From Psychrobacter sp. DM4 (GTDB lineage: Bacteria > Pseudomonadota > Gammaproteobacteria > Pseudomonadales > Moraxellaceae), in contig NZ_CP195536.1 in the NCBI RefSeq assembly GCF_051307035.1, positions 1,200,001 to 1,232,000 on the forward strand: a stretch of DNA of 32,000 nt, read 5' to 3'. The notes below the pieces were generated by a model. That model did no database searches. It was not told the DNA's origin and saw nothing but the letters and a program-made list of their open reading frames with translations. Below, one piece after another: positions 15,943 to 26,188 of the stretch (position 1 is its first letter; every line of letters begins with the position of its first letter). The position numbers and the translations under genes were made by a program.

Positions 15943-17364
15943 TTACGCCGCTTTTGCACTATGACCGATAGAGCGAAAGGCTGTTTTCAGATTACTATTA
16001 TGCTCAAGGATACGTTGCTCAACTTTGGCGTATTCATGCTTGAGTTTGTCATCCACTTCATGCAGACGATCTGCAAACTCAGTCTTTTTCATCTCGATTG
16101 TTTTGGCTTTAAGAGCCTGCCATTCTTCAACCGTTTTGGTAAAGGCATCATACTCAAACTTGATACGATCTTGGAATTTTTGCATAGTGTGCGGTATATC
16201 AATACCATTAGCATTGATCTCATCAATCTGCTGCTGCGCACGTTTGAACTGCATTTTGACTTCAGCGTGCTTGATCGTTGTATCATCCACTCGGCGCAAA
16301 TCTGTAGTCAATCCTACTTTGGATAGAGCAGTAATCATCCATTTGGTTGGGTCATACTGCCACCATTTAACTCCATTACGATAGTCATACTGGAAGAAAT
16401 GGTGATAGTTGTGGTAACCCTCACCCCAAGTAAAGATCGCTAAAAAGAAGTTATCGCGAGCCGTGTTGGTATCGGTATAAGGACGCGAGCCAAACATATG
16501 ACATAGCGAGTTAATAAAAAACGTAAAGTGATGAGTCAAGACTAACCGTAGCAAACCTGCTAGTACTAGCGTACCCCACACATCTCCAATCAACCAGCCA
16601 ACCGCTGCTACCATAGCGACATTCGTCGCTAGAACCCACAGACCATAGTATTTATGCTGAATTTGTAGCACTTTATCTTTGGTCAAATCAGGAATGTTTT
16701 TATAATCAAATTGTCCGCTTGGGTAGTTACGTAGCATCCAGCCGATATGACTAAAAAAGAAACCACGTTTAGCTGAATACGGATCTTCCATACGATCATC
16801 GACATGACGGTGATGCGTGCGGTGACCGGATACCCAGTCGAATGCTGAGCCTTGAACCGCAAGAGTCGCGCCTAGCAATAAGAACTTCTCGACGATAGGG
16901 TGTGCCTTGTAAGCACGGTGAGCAAGTAGACGGTGATAACCACCTGTGATACTCATACCTGTCCATACCATGAAAGCACCAAACACACCCCAAACAGGCG
17001 CACTCACTTGATGATTGAGCAAATACCAAGGCGTAATCACCGCTGCGGCTAGCGGCGTTGCGATCAAAAATATCGCTGGTACTAAATTAATAGGAGATTT
17101 TTTGAATTCAAGCTCAAGGGGATCTATGTTCTGGCTATTAATAGTATCGCTATTAAAAGCGATCTCTTGTCCGCCTTGAACATTAGCAGTGCTATGAGTC
17201 GCTGTCACAGGTGTCTCATCGAGAGCGGTCTTGGCTCTGTTACTATCGAGCATAGTTTTGAACCGCGTGGCTTGAGACCCAGCAGTTTGGATGAGCATAT
17301 CACCAGATTGAATTGCAATACGTAAACCTTTAAGTGGCAAGCTCAGTGCTTTTTTTAAAATCAT
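15943..17364 (-). CDS. Membrane acyl-CoA/acyl-lipid delta-9-type fatty acid desaturase
   Basis: Three histidine boxes are present: HRLLAHR, HRTHHRH and HNYHHFF. The core is hydrophobic. There are extra N-terminal (about 90 aa) and charged helical C-terminal (about 110 aa) segments. Confidence 0.9.
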   Translation of the reverse strand: MILKKALSLPLKGLRIAIQSGDMLIQTAGSQATRFKTMLDSNRAKTALDETPVTATHSTANVQGGQEIAFNSDTINSQNIDPLELEFKKSPINLVPAIFLIATPLAAAVITPWYLLNHQVSAPVWGVFGAFMVWTGMSITGGYHRLLAHRAYKAHPIVEKFLLLGATLAVQGSAFDWVSGHRTHHRHVDDRMEDPYSAKRGFFFSHIGWMLRNYPSGQFDYKNIPDLTKDKVLQIQHKYYGLWVLATNVAMVAAVGWLIGDVWGTLVLAGLLRLVLTHHFTFFINSLCHMFGSRPYTDTNTARDNFFLAIFTWGEGYHNYHHFFQYDYRNGVKWWQYDPTKWMITALSKVGLTTDLRRVDDTTIKHAEVKMQFKRAQQQIDEINANGIDIPHTMQKFQDRIKFEYDAFTKTVEEWQALKAKTIEMKKTEFADRLHEVDDKLKHEYAKVEQRILEHNSNLKTAFRSIGHSAKAA

Positions 17365-17632
17365 GTATTATTCCTGATAGGATTGATTTCGATATCCTAT
17401 GTTACCTTATATTTTAGGTAAAGTGAACACTTATGCACTATAAAAATCTTGCTAAATAACAATAACTTGTATGAGTTAAAGGATGAATTTACGTAATTGA
17501 TGACTAAGCTATCACTCCTAAGATATAAGTGTAACTAATACCCCAAATATGTAGCTACAAAGGAATGTAATTAAGTTCAGTAATTGAGGCAATAGTCCTA
17601 ATGATTGATAGACATTGCTGTTGTAAATTGTC

Positions 17633-18514
17633 CTATAAAAACAGCGTCGGTACATCAGTGACAATCACATCAACTTGCCACTTCACAAGCTGCTGCGCGC
17701 TATCAACGTCATTGACGGTCCAAGCAGTCACTGGCAATCCATGACGATGACTATTCTCGATAACAGATTGTGTGAGGAGCGGGTAATGCACGCCGAGTTG
17801 TGTACAGCCCAGTTGCATGGCAGTAGTAGGCGCCGCTGCCAAAAAGGAGGGCGTACGAGTCAGTAGCCCTCGCGGGATACTAGATAATGTTTTATGTCGC
17901 TGTAGGTGTGCAAGAAGCTGCCTATCAAAGCTTGTGAGAACAAGGGGTAAGCTGGCAAGCGCCGTATCTACCAAGTCACGTGACAACGCTGCAACGAGCT
18001 TTCCATAATGAGTACGATTGTGAGTCTTTATCTCAAGCTCAATGTGGTTAAACTGGCTAAGCACTGGGGACGCGGTGTTTAAAACGCTCGCTTGAGTGCT
18101 ATTGAACACATTTAGGGGATCAGTTGGAGAGTTGGGTGTGTGATGTGAGGATAACGGCGCGGATGACAGGGGTAGCGTTTGGGATAACATCGCAAGGGTT
18201 ATAATTTGATGTCCTGATTGCAAATGACGCTGAATCTCAGGTAGGGTCAGCTGATCTATGCGAGACTGCGCTCCGCACAAGCGCTGTAGCGTCTCATCAT
18301 GGAACACTACTAGATGACCATCACCGCTCAGCTGCACGTCAAACTCAACGCCCGCAAGTCCGCGTGCTTGCAGACTACGTGCGCGCTGAAAGCCGGATAG
18401 AGTATTCTCTAGTATTTCGCTACCTGCGCCTCGATGACCGATGAGGCGAGTACGATTAAGGTTCAACATATTTTGTTTTTTTGGAATTATTTGCGTGCTT
18501 TGCATAGTCATCAA
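17633..18514 (-). CDS. Glycerophosphodiester phosphodiesterase family protein
   Basis: It has the GDPD signatures IGHRGAG...ENTLSGF and VEFDVQLSGDGHLVVFHDETL. Confidence 0.85.
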   Translation of the reverse strand: MMTMQSTQIIPKKQNMLNLNRTRLIGHRGAGSEILENTLSGFQRARSLQARGLAGVEFDVQLSGDGHLVVFHDETLQRLCGAQSRIDQLTLPEIQRHLQSGHQIITLAMLSQTLPLSSAPLSSHHTPNSPTDPLNVFNSTQASVLNTASPVLSQFNHIELEIKTHNRTHYGKLVAALSRDLVDTALASLPLVLTSFDRQLLAHLQRHKTLSSIPRGLLTRTPSFLAAAPTTAMQLGCTQLGVHYPLLTQSVIENSHRHGLPVTAWTVNDVDSAQQLVKWQVDVIVTDVPTLFL

Positions 18515-18789
18515 ATTTTCAGTGAGTAACGACTCCTATCATATAAAAATAGCTGATAGTACTCTCAAAAGTTTTCTTAATGATTTGTTATGTTTTTGCA
18601 ACTACAGCCTATTTTACCGCTGATATACAGATATTAATCAGATATTAATAGAGTACAGTAATGAACATCTAGGCCAAACACCGTATAATGACGTATTTTT
18701 GACCCTATCGTGGCTATAGTATAACGAGTAAATAGGCTATCAATAGCAAAACGTCAGCCGACAACGAGCAAAGCGGGAGCAATATAAGT

Positions 18790-19758
18790 ATGAGCGTAGC
18801 AAACAACAAGTGGATGAAATGGCAGCATGTGGCAGGTATTAGCCTCATATGTGGACTGGCAGTTGCAGGCTGTAGCCGCTCGGATGAAGATACAGTAGAG
18901 GTTGTAGAAGAGCCTGTAGTGGTAGAGGATACAACACCTGTTATCAATTGTGATAATCCTATGGTGCAAGACCGCTTAAAATCTGCGCTCAAAACTACTC
19001 TCAATCAACAAGCGCAATCGCTAGCTGCTAACTATGCTAATGAGGCTCAAATTAGTCTGAGTAACGCCACTATTACGAATAAAGTAAGCGGTATCTTAAT
19101 CGATGTACAGAATATGGCGGTGATACAAGAGATTAACGATAGCGGCATGACCACCTGCCAAGCAAGCGTCAGTATGACTCTACCTAGTGAAGATCTGTAT
19201 CTTGCTAGCCAGTTACAGGCGGCGAATAATCAACCAAGCTTGCAGACGCGCCTTGCACAAGACAATATCCGCATCAACAATAACATGCTCGTTGATGATG
19301 CCTTTACTTATGTCGTCGGCACTCAAGGCGGACAAGTACAAACTCGTATTGCAGGGCAACCGGCTATGGTTGGTATTGTCGCTGATGTCATCGCTAGCGC
19401 TACTTTGAGTACCGCTATTGGCGAACGTCAAGCGCAGCGCGCCGCCGAAGAGGCAACCCGCCAACGCCGCGCGCAAGCCCGAGCCGCTGGAGAGGAACGC
19501 GCTCGTCAAGCGACTCGTCAGCCCAGTCAACCACGAGTAGTGACGCCCGTGGCGCCAAAACCTCCAGCTGCGCCGTCAACCCCTGCGCCTGCGGTTAGAC
19601 CTGCAACGCCGCCAACTATCAATACCGATAACAACCAAGTCGCTGTCAGTCCAAGTACTAATGCCTCAGTACCAGCTGCGTCAAGCACGCCAAAAGCTGT
19701 CCCTAAAGATGAGACTATCGATATGATTATCGTAGAAGACGAAAGCGCTACTTACTAG
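18790..19758 (+). CDS. Lipoprotein of unknown function with an Arg/Ala/Gln-rich and Pro/Ala-rich C-terminal region
   Basis: It has a signal peptide with the lipobox LAVAG-C (ISLICGLAVAGCSRSD). A GGGAG RBS lies upstream of the ATG at 18790. Confidence 0.8.
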   Translation: MSVANNKWMKWQHVAGISLICGLAVAGCSRSDEDTVEVVEEPVVVEDTTPVINCDNPMVQDRLKSALKTTLNQQAQSLAANYANEAQISLSNATITNKVSGILIDVQNMAVIQEINDSGMTTCQASVSMTLPSEDLYLASQLQAANNQPSLQTRLAQDNIRINNNMLVDDAFTYVVGTQGGQVQTRIAGQPAMVGIVADVIASATLSTAIGERQAQRAAEEATRQRRAQARAAGEERARQATRQPSQPRVVTPVAPKPPAAPSTPAPAVRPATPPTINTDNNQVAVSPSTNASVPAASSTPKAVPKDETIDMIIVEDESATY

Positions 19759-19804
19759 GTTCTAGAGCTTAGTACATTAGCACTGATAATGAGGCATCAT
19801 AATA

Positions 19805-19843
19805 AGCGCCCATGACATCGCAATGTCATGGGCGCCTTTATTT
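19805..19843 (+). terminator. Rho-independent terminator after the lipoprotein gene
   Basis: GCGCCCATGACAT-cgca-ATGTCATGGGCGC forms a perfect 13-bp stem, followed by CTTTATTTAT. Confidence 0.9.
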
Positions 19844-19946
19844 ATCACTTCTAATTAGCTATCTATAGTTCTAATAGCGAAAAGATGATCCTAATGACTA
19901 CTATGCTCCATTATAAACGTCCTTATGTTTTAGACGTTTTTATACT

Positions 19947-20567
19947 TTAGATGTCTTCATCAAGACTCTTTAAGACCTCGCTGTCCCAAAGTACCTCTGA
20001 GACTTGTTTGGGATCTGTACAAAACCGTGCGGCGACAAACAACCAATCCGATAGGCGGTTGATCAAACTGACAGCAAAAGTGCTCATAGCCTCAGGGTGC
20101 TGCTCTCGAAGATTAACGGCTTGACGTTCAGCACGGCGACAGACCGTACGCGCAATGTGTAACTCACTGACCAGTACTGAGCCTGTCGGTAAGATAAAGT
20201 CTTTGAGCGGTGGTAATACACTGTTCATCGCATCGATCTGCTGCTCAAGCCACGTTGTGTGAGCAGCGCTAATACCCTTGTATTCAGGCATCGCAAGCTC
20301 GCCGCCGATATTAAACAATAGATGCTGTATGATGACCAGCGCTTGAGCAAAGTCTGTGTTCTTTGGCTTATCTAGCAAGTGTTCAGGTAAGCTGGTTCCT
20401 ACTTGAGCTAACTGTGCGCGTACCATTCCAATATGGGAATTGAGCTCATCAATATCACCCATCACGCTAAACAGATCATCCGCTTTACTCACGCGGCTAC
20501 CGTCAGCCATGCCTGTACTACCATTATCGCCAGTACGGGTATAAATCTTGGTTAAGCGATTACTCAT
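19947..20567 (-). CDS. PduO-type ATP:cob(I)alamin adenosyltransferase
   Basis: The N-terminus IYTRTGDNGSTGMADGSRVSKADDLFSVMGDIDELNSHIG is the PduO/MMAB-type signature. Confidence 0.9.
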   Translation of the reverse strand: MSNRLTKIYTRTGDNGSTGMADGSRVSKADDLFSVMGDIDELNSHIGMVRAQLAQVGTSLPEHLLDKPKNTDFAQALVIIQHLLFNIGGELAMPEYKGISAAHTTWLEQQIDAMNSVLPPLKDFILPTGSVLVSELHIARTVCRRAERQAVNLREQHPEAMSTFAVSLINRLSDWLFVAARFCTDPKQVSEVLWDSEVLKSLDEDI

Positions 20568-20711
20568 AAATAATTCCTAAAGTGTATTATTGCGGATAGC
20601 CTTTGATTTGCTGCCATTGTAGTATTTCAGCGCCTTTTTCGCTAAGATATAGCGTTGTTAATTTATTATAAAAATTTGATGAGTATATCTCATAAAAAGG
20701 GTTCTTGTATT

Positions 20712-22172
20712 ATGACCACATCAGTTAGCGATGCTAAGTCCACTCTTGTTATCTATGACTCTCTAAGCGCAGCTAAGCAGACGTTTGTACCTTTATTGGC
20801 AGGACAAGTCGGTTTGTATGTATGCGGTATGACTGTTTATGATTATTGTCATATAGGGCATGCAAGGGTCATGGTAGCGTTCGATATGGCAGTGCGCTGG
20901 ATGACGCAGTTGGGTTATCAAGTCAACTATGTGCGAAATATTACCGACATTGATGACAAGATTATCAACCGCGCCAATGATAACGGCGAAAATATCAGTA
21001 CATTGACCCAGCGTTTTATTGAAGCGATGCACGAAGATGCGACAGCGCTTGGCTGCCTGATGCCACATGCTGAGCCGCGTGCGACCGATCATATCGATGA
21101 GATGCAACAGATGATCGAGACCCTTATCGACAAAGACTATGCGTACCCTGGGAATAATGGCGATGTGTATTATGCGGTAGACAACTTCGCCGACTACGGC
21201 AAACTATCGAAGCGTAATTTGGAAGATATGCAAGCAGGCTTGCGCGTACAGGTTGAGACTGACAAGCGCAGCCCCTTTGATTTTGTATTATGGAAAGCGG
21301 CCAAACCTGACGAGCCAAAATGGGCATCTGCTTGGGGACAAGGGCGTCCAGGTTGGCATATTGAGTGCTCAGCGATGTCGACCAAATGTTTGGGCAACAC
21401 CTTTGATATTCATGGCGGTGGTCATGACTTGCAATTTCCGCATCACGAAAATGAGATTGCGCAGTCAGAAGCTGCAACAGGCTGTGAGTATGCCCGCAAC
21501 TGGATGCACGTCGGTTTCATTAATGTCGATGGCGAAAAGATGTCAAAGTCGCTCGGTAACTTTTTTACTATTCGTGATGTCACCGCAAAATATCAGCCCG
21601 AAACCGTAAGGTTTTTCTTATTATCGAGTCATTATCGCAGCCAAGTGAACTTCTCCGATATTGCTTTGGATGAAGCACACAATAGCCTAAGCAGGCTTTA
21701 TCATACTTTAAAGATTGTCGAGCAGCAACGAGAAGATGAGCTAATCGTCGAAAACAAAGATATCGAGAGGGCTTATAACAGTGAGCTTGGACGTCAGTTT
21801 GTTGGAGCGATGAATGATGATTTTAATAGCTCAGCGGCGATTAGTGAGCTATTCGTGCTGGCACGCAGTATCAATAAACTGATCAAGGCTAACGATTTAG
21901 CAGCAGCGTGGCAACAAGCGCTTGAGCTTAAAGCGTTGGCGCAAGTTTTGGCCATACTCCAACAGCCCGTCACTCAGTTTTTGCAAACCGCTATCGGCGA
22001 GCAGTCTGATAACGCGCTTAGTGACGATATGATTGAGGACCTAATCGTTCAACGTAATACGGCTAAAACGGACAAACAATACGCCCGAGCTGATGAAATA
22101 CGTGAGCAGTTAAAACAGGCAGGTATTGAGTTAGAAGACGCGCGCTCTGGTACGACATGGCGCCGTGCATAA
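20712..22172 (+). CDS. cysS: Cysteine--tRNA ligase
   Basis: Class I motifs HIGHAR and KMSKS are present, along with overall CysS-like sequence. The start was chosen at the ATG at 20712 (MTTSVSD). The track start at 20655 is a TTG that adds an unlikely 19-aa extension. The start remains uncertain. Confidence 0.93.
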   Translation: MTTSVSDAKSTLVIYDSLSAAKQTFVPLLAGQVGLYVCGMTVYDYCHIGHARVMVAFDMAVRWMTQLGYQVNYVRNITDIDDKIINRANDNGENISTLTQRFIEAMHEDATALGCLMPHAEPRATDHIDEMQQMIETLIDKDYAYPGNNGDVYYAVDNFADYGKLSKRNLEDMQAGLRVQVETDKRSPFDFVLWKAAKPDEPKWASAWGQGRPGWHIECSAMSTKCLGNTFDIHGGGHDLQFPHHENEIAQSEAATGCEYARNWMHVGFINVDGEKMSKSLGNFFTIRDVTAKYQPETVRFFLLSSHYRSQVNFSDIALDEAHNSLSRLYHTLKIVEQQREDELIVENKDIERAYNSELGRQFVGAMNDDFNSSAAISELFVLARSINKLIKANDLAAAWQQALELKALAQVLAILQQPVTQFLQTAIGEQSDNALSDDMIEDLIVQRNTAKTDKQYARADEIREQLKQAGIELEDARSGTTWRRA

Positions 22173-22244
22173 GAAAAGATTAAAATTAGCGTGTTTGTTA
22201 TCTAAAAGTAGGCGGAAGAATTAAGTACGTAAACTAACAAATAA

Positions 22245-22270
22245 AGTCAGCTACGCGCTGGCTTTTTTTT
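22245..22270 (+). terminator. Rho-independent terminator after cysS
   Basis: AGTCAGC-tacgc-GCTGGCT forms a 7-bp stem with one G-U pair, followed by a T8 run. Confidence 0.8.
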
Positions 22271-22317
22271 CTGCGCTGTTTTAGCTTAGCTACATACTTA
22301 AAAGCTAGATAATAACT

Positions 22318-24342
22318 ATGGATCACCAAAAAAACCTGACTAAAAATCAAAGGTATCCGAACGATTTTCTCTACAATACAGATTCAATGAGCAGTGATAA
22401 GCAGACGACCATGCAGCGACAACACAATAATAATATAAGCGTCTTTTACTCGTATGTGACTAAAGTACTAGTAACTGTAGTTTTGCTCGTTGTGTTCGGT
22501 ACTTCAACGTCTTTAACACATGCTGCAAATACTGAGGTTAATGATGAGCAGAATCGCTCATCGATATCGTCACAAGTGGTCGATAAGCCAGATGATTTTG
22601 TAGATTATGCGGCTCAGCAAATCGAGACGTTACAAGAAGAGGGTATAGATTTTCCTGATTCGGTAAGTGAGCTAATAACGTCAACAGATAAAGGCGCGCC
22701 GCAGCAAGCGGGTCAGCTACAAGGCGATATGGCACTAAACGGTGAGTACAACGCTAATTATTATATTTTGGATGAGCTTAATAGCGGTTTGCCTAACCTA
22801 TCGACGCCTGCAAACTTAGCAACGCCGCTGGCAATGCTAGAGTTTTTCCAATCTGCGGTGATGAAGCAGCAGTATGATCTGGCAGCACACGCACTCAATC
22901 TAAACTTGTTCGATGAGACAATACAGCCGAGTAAAAGTATTGAGTTATCGAGGCGTTTAGATTTTTTACTCAGTAAAAAGAAGCTCTACGTCTTTGATGA
23001 TCTGCCGGATCGTCCCGATGGCCTGATACAGCCGCCACTTGGTAGTAGTAGTAGCATCAACGGCATACCGCGCCGCTCCATTCAACTCGGCTATATGGAT
23101 TACCGTGAGCGACAAGTCCCAATCTATATTCAACGGGTACGCGTCGCTGATAGCGCCCCTATTTGGGTGTTCTCAGCGCAAACGGTTGACAATATTGATG
23201 ACCTATATGATCAGTACCAGCCAGCAGAATTTGAGCGCTACTTGCCGCCGCTTTTGACCTTAAGACTACTTGGCATTGCTATTTGGGAATTTTTGGCGCT
23301 TGCTCTTTTCTTTGTCATTACGATGAGTATTGGTTGGCTGCTCAGTAAAATTACCGGAAAGCTGATTAATAGATATGTTGACGATAAAAAAGAGACGCCA
23401 ACAGGTGGTCAAAACAGCCTGACGGATATGATTAATAAACTTACGGTGCCGCTGACTTTTACCATTAGCTTTTCGTTGATATTTACGCTGGTATCGGGCG
23501 GCTTTCCTTATGTCGAAGCTATTGCTACCGCAGTTAGACCGATTGTATGGGTGGGATTGATGCTGAGTGCGGTATGGCTTGGTATTAGGGTGATTCACTT
23601 TTTTGCTAATCGCTATAGAGATCTGCAAATCGATGGTCTCGCGGATGATGAATATAATACTTACCGCGTACGCTTAACTTATTTGTCTATCTTTAGACGA
23701 GTCTTCATCTTCGCTATGATTTTGGGTAGCTTTTGGATTGGTATGAGCGAATTTACCAATATCGAAGGTCTAGGTAAAACCTTGCTAACGTCAGCGGGTA
23801 TCGCAGGTGTCGTGCTTGGCGTTGCAGCGCAGCCGACGTTGGGCAATATCATAGCGGGTATGCAGGTTGCTATTACGCAGCCTGTACGTATTGGGGATAC
23901 GGTCATCATGGAGGGCGATTGGACCACTATCGAGGATCTGCGATACACCTATGCGGTGCTAAAGACATGGGATGAGCGCCGTTTAATAGTTCCGATGCGT
24001 TACTTTGTCATAGAAATCGTAGAGAACTGGTCGCATACAGAGTTTCATCAAACTTGCGTGGTTTATTTATATGTAGATTACGGCGTTGATGTAGATGCCA
24101 TTCGTCAAAAGTTTATTGACATGGTTAAGGCTCATGATCTTTGGGATGGGGAGACTGAACCTGCCATGCTTGTCATCTCTGTCGATGAGGATACCATAAA
24201 GCTGCGCGGAGCATTGGCCTCTGATAGTCCATTGAACGCGTGGATGATGGAGTGCGCCGTTCGGGAACAGATGCTCGATTACTTGAGTGAGGAGCAAAAG
24301 CCGTATCTACCTACCGAGCGCATTACCTTTAAGCGAGGCTAA
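22318..24342 (+). CDS. MscS-family mechanosensitive ion channel with a long N-terminal periplasmic/membrane extension
   Basis: The MscS pore and beta-domain signature GIAGVVLGVAAQPTLGNIIAGMQVAITQPVRIGDTV is present. There are several hydrophobic helices. The start is uncertain, with alternative Met codons at residues 24 and 32. Confidence 0.88.
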   Translation: MDHQKNLTKNQRYPNDFLYNTDSMSSDKQTTMQRQHNNNISVFYSYVTKVLVTVVLLVVFGTSTSLTHAANTEVNDEQNRSSISSQVVDKPDDFVDYAAQQIETLQEEGIDFPDSVSELITSTDKGAPQQAGQLQGDMALNGEYNANYYILDELNSGLPNLSTPANLATPLAMLEFFQSAVMKQQYDLAAHALNLNLFDETIQPSKSIELSRRLDFLLSKKKLYVFDDLPDRPDGLIQPPLGSSSSINGIPRRSIQLGYMDYRERQVPIYIQRVRVADSAPIWVFSAQTVDNIDDLYDQYQPAEFERYLPPLLTLRLLGIAIWEFLALALFFVITMSIGWLLSKITGKLINRYVDDKKETPTGGQNSLTDMINKLTVPLTFTISFSLIFTLVSGGFPYVEAIATAVRPIVWVGLMLSAVWLGIRVIHFFANRYRDLQIDGLADDEYNTYRVRLTYLSIFRRVFIFAMILGSFWIGMSEFTNIEGLGKTLLTSAGIAGVVLGVAAQPTLGNIIAGMQVAITQPVRIGDTVIMEGDWTTIEDLRYTYAVLKTWDERRLIVPMRYFVIEIVENWSHTEFHQTCVVYLYVDYGVDVDAIRQKFIDMVKAHDLWDGETEPAMLVISVDEDTIKLRGALASDSPLNAWMMECAVREQMLDYLSEEQKPYLPTERITFKRG

Positions 24343-24370
24343 AATTTATCATGTGGAACAAGGTATTATT

Positions 24371-24379
24371 TGATATAAT
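24371..24379 (+). promoter_or_regulatory. Candidate extended -10 promoter element (TGaTATAAT) for guaB
   Basis: TGATATAAT was read at 24371-24379, about 120 nt upstream of the guaB ATG. No convincing -35 element was found. Confidence 0.4.
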
Positions 24380-24497
24380 GTGGCGTTATTTTTAAGGGAT
24401 AGCTGAGACTTAGTGCCTATAGATTCTGCTGCATTGGCAGGATTTGGTCACATGATCAAGCGCCCACTCATCAAGATAACCACCACTAGGGGTATGT

Positions 24498-25967
24498 ATG
24501 TTACGTATTGTCGATGAAGCCTTAACCTTTGATGACGTGTTGTTGTTACCAGCCTATTCTGAAATCCTGCCAAAAGACGCCAGTCTATCTACTCGCTTGA
24601 CTCAGAACATTACCCTAAATCTGCCACTCATATCAGCGGCGATGGATACGGTTACTGAATCTGAGATGGCAATCACTATGGCGCAGTTAGGCGGCATTGG
24701 TATCTTGCACAAAAGCATGGATATCGATAAGCAAGCGACTCAAGTGCGCCGTGTCAAAAAGTTCGAAGCAGGCACAGTCGTAGACCCTATTACGGTTCAT
24801 CCTGAGATGACCATTGGCGACTTGCTGCGCTTAACTCAAGATAATAATATCTCAGGCGTCCCTGTGGTCGAAAAGGGCACAGATAAGGTGGTCGGTATCG
24901 TCACACATCGTGATTGGCGCTTTGAGACCAACTTGTCACAGCCTGTCAGTCAGATTATGACGCAAAAAGATCAGCTCGTCACCGTACAAGAAGGTGAGAG
25001 CAACGAGAATATCAAAAAATTACTGCATGAGCATCGTATCGAAAAAGTCATCGTCATTGATAATGATTTTCGTCTGCGTGGCCTGATTACGGTCAATGAT
25101 TTTGCGAAGGCTGAAAACAACCCAAATGCTTGTAAAGATGAGAAGGGTCGCTTGCGTGTTGGTGCAGCTGTCGGTACTGGCGCAGATACACAGGCACGAG
25201 TAGAAGCTTTGATCGCCGCTGATGTGGATGTGTTGGTCGTTGATACCGCGCATGGTCATTCCAAAGGCGTTATCGATAAAGTTTCTTGGATCAAAAAGAC
25301 ATTCCCGCATATTCAAGTTATTGGCGGTAACATCGCGACCGGTGATGCAGCAAAAGCTTTGCGTGATGCAGGCGCTGATGCGGTCAAAGTCGGTATTGGT
25401 CCTGGCTCTATCTGTACTACGCGTATTATCGCAGGTATCGGTGTACCGCAGATCTCTGCTATCGACAATGTGGCCAGCGCATTGCAAGATAGCATTCCAC
25501 TCATTGCTGATGGTGGTATTCGCTATTCAGGCGATATGGCAAAAGCGATCGCTGCTGGTGCATCGTGTATCATGATAGGCTCGCTCATGGCAGGAACTGA
25601 AGAGGCGCCAGGTGAGGTTGAGCTGTTCCAAGGTCGCTACTACAAGGCTTACCGCGGTATGGGGAGTTTAGGCGCGATGTCAGGTCAAAATGGCTCATCA
25701 GATCGATACTTCCAAGACGCCAAAGATGGCGTTGAAAAGCTAGTTCCAGAAGGTATTGAAGGCCGCGTTCCCTATAAAGGTCCGGTCGCTGGTATCGTTA
25801 ATCAATTGGTTGGTGGGTTGCGCTCGTCGATGGGTTATACCGGCTGCGCTACTATTGAAGATATGCGCACTAAACCGCAGTTCATCAAGGTTACCTCTGC
25901 TGGCATGAAAGAGTCGCACGTGCATGATGTGCAAATCACCAAAGAAGCCCCGAATTACAGAGTATAA
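24498..25967 (+). CDS. guaB: IMP dehydrogenase
   Basis: [21 protein letters not shown], tandem CBS region, the catalytic loop [11 protein letters not shown] and the 489-aa length all fit. An AGGGG RBS is present. Confidence 0.97.
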   Translation: MLRIVDEALTFDDVLLLPAYSEILPKDASLSTRLTQNITLNLPLISAAMDTVTESEMAITMAQLGGIGILHKSMDIDKQATQVRRVKKFEAGTVVDPITVHPEMTIGDLLRLTQDNNISGVPVVEKGTDKVVGIVTHRDWRFETNLSQPVSQIMTQKDQLVTVQEGESNENIKKLLHEHRIEKVIVIDNDFRLRGLITVNDFAKAENNPNACKDEKGRLRVGAAVGTGADTQARVEALIAADVDVLVVDTAHGHSKGVIDKVSWIKKTFPHIQVIGGNIATGDAAKALRDAGADAVKVGIGPGSICTTRIIAGIGVPQISAIDNVASALQDSIPLIADGGIRYSGDMAKAIAAGASCIMIGSLMAGTEEAPGEVELFQGRYYKAYRGMGSLGAMSGQNGSSDRYFQDAKDGVEKLVPEGIEGRVPYKGPVAGIVNQLVGGLRSSMGYTGCATIEDMRTKPQFIKVTSAGMKESHVHDVQITKEAPNYRV

Positions 25968-26067
25968 TGCTATCTGTTAAAGGGATAGTTAGTACGCTAT
26001 TATTGTTCTAGTACGATAAACGCTTAGGACTCGATAGCGAGTACGTTATTATAGACAGTACACAACC

Positions 26068-26102
26068 AGCCAACAATGCTTACTCGTTGTTGGCTTTTTT
26101 TT
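26068..26102 (+). terminator. Rho-independent terminator after guaB
   Basis: AGCCAACAA-(10 nt)-TTGTTGGCT forms a perfect 9-bp stem, followed by a T8 run. Confidence 0.85.
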
Positions 26103-26188
26103 ATAAAATCGCGTATTGAGTAGACAGATATGATTTTATTCAATATCTTGTTGATTACCGTAAATATAATAAAAAGGATATAACTACA

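Noticed and set aside
14963-17029. ORFs 14963-15169, 15532-15750, 15961-16326, 16025-16384, 16089-16286 and 16796-17029 overlapping selO and the desaturase
   Set aside because: These are shadow ORFs. The cluster of three overlapping frames at 15961-16384 coincides with the Lys/Glu-rich desaturase tail, whose codon composition suppresses stops in other frames.
17377-17400. Hairpin ATAGGAT-n10-ATCCTAT in the desaturase leader, as a possible RNA thermometer
   Set aside because: The Shine-Dalgarno (AGGAA, + strand 17371-17375) lies just outside the stem and is not sequestered. The stem is only 7 bp.
18627-18648. Tandem CAGATATTAAT x2 in the GDPD/lipoprotein divergent promoter region
   Set aside because: This is a very short AT-rich duplication with no symmetry or recurrence elsewhere, and is likely neutral slippage.
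17675-19530. ORFs 17675-17866, 17817-18008, 18441-18623, 18714-19004, 18754-18969, 19187-19408 and 19213-19530
   Set aside because: They are antisense to or overlap the GDPD and lipoprotein genes. They have no RBS, and their translations are low-complexity.
20568-20711. Possible cobalamin riboswitch upstream of the PduO-type adenosyltransferase
   Set aside because: The divergent intergenic region is only about 90-140 bp, far shorter than a B12 element. I could not see a B12-box-like sequence.
24380-24497. Long guaB leader as a possible purine-responsive riboswitch
   Set aside because: I could recognise no purine-riboswitch-like three-way junction or conserved loops. Only a weak CTGC/GCAG hairpin is present.
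20793-25934. Antisense or out-of-frame ORFs within cysS, the MscS gene and guaB (for example 20793-21107, 21124-21609, 22538-22735, 23039-23948, 24067-24297, 25020-25934)
   Set aside because: They overlap strongly supported conserved genes and have no independent coding signal.
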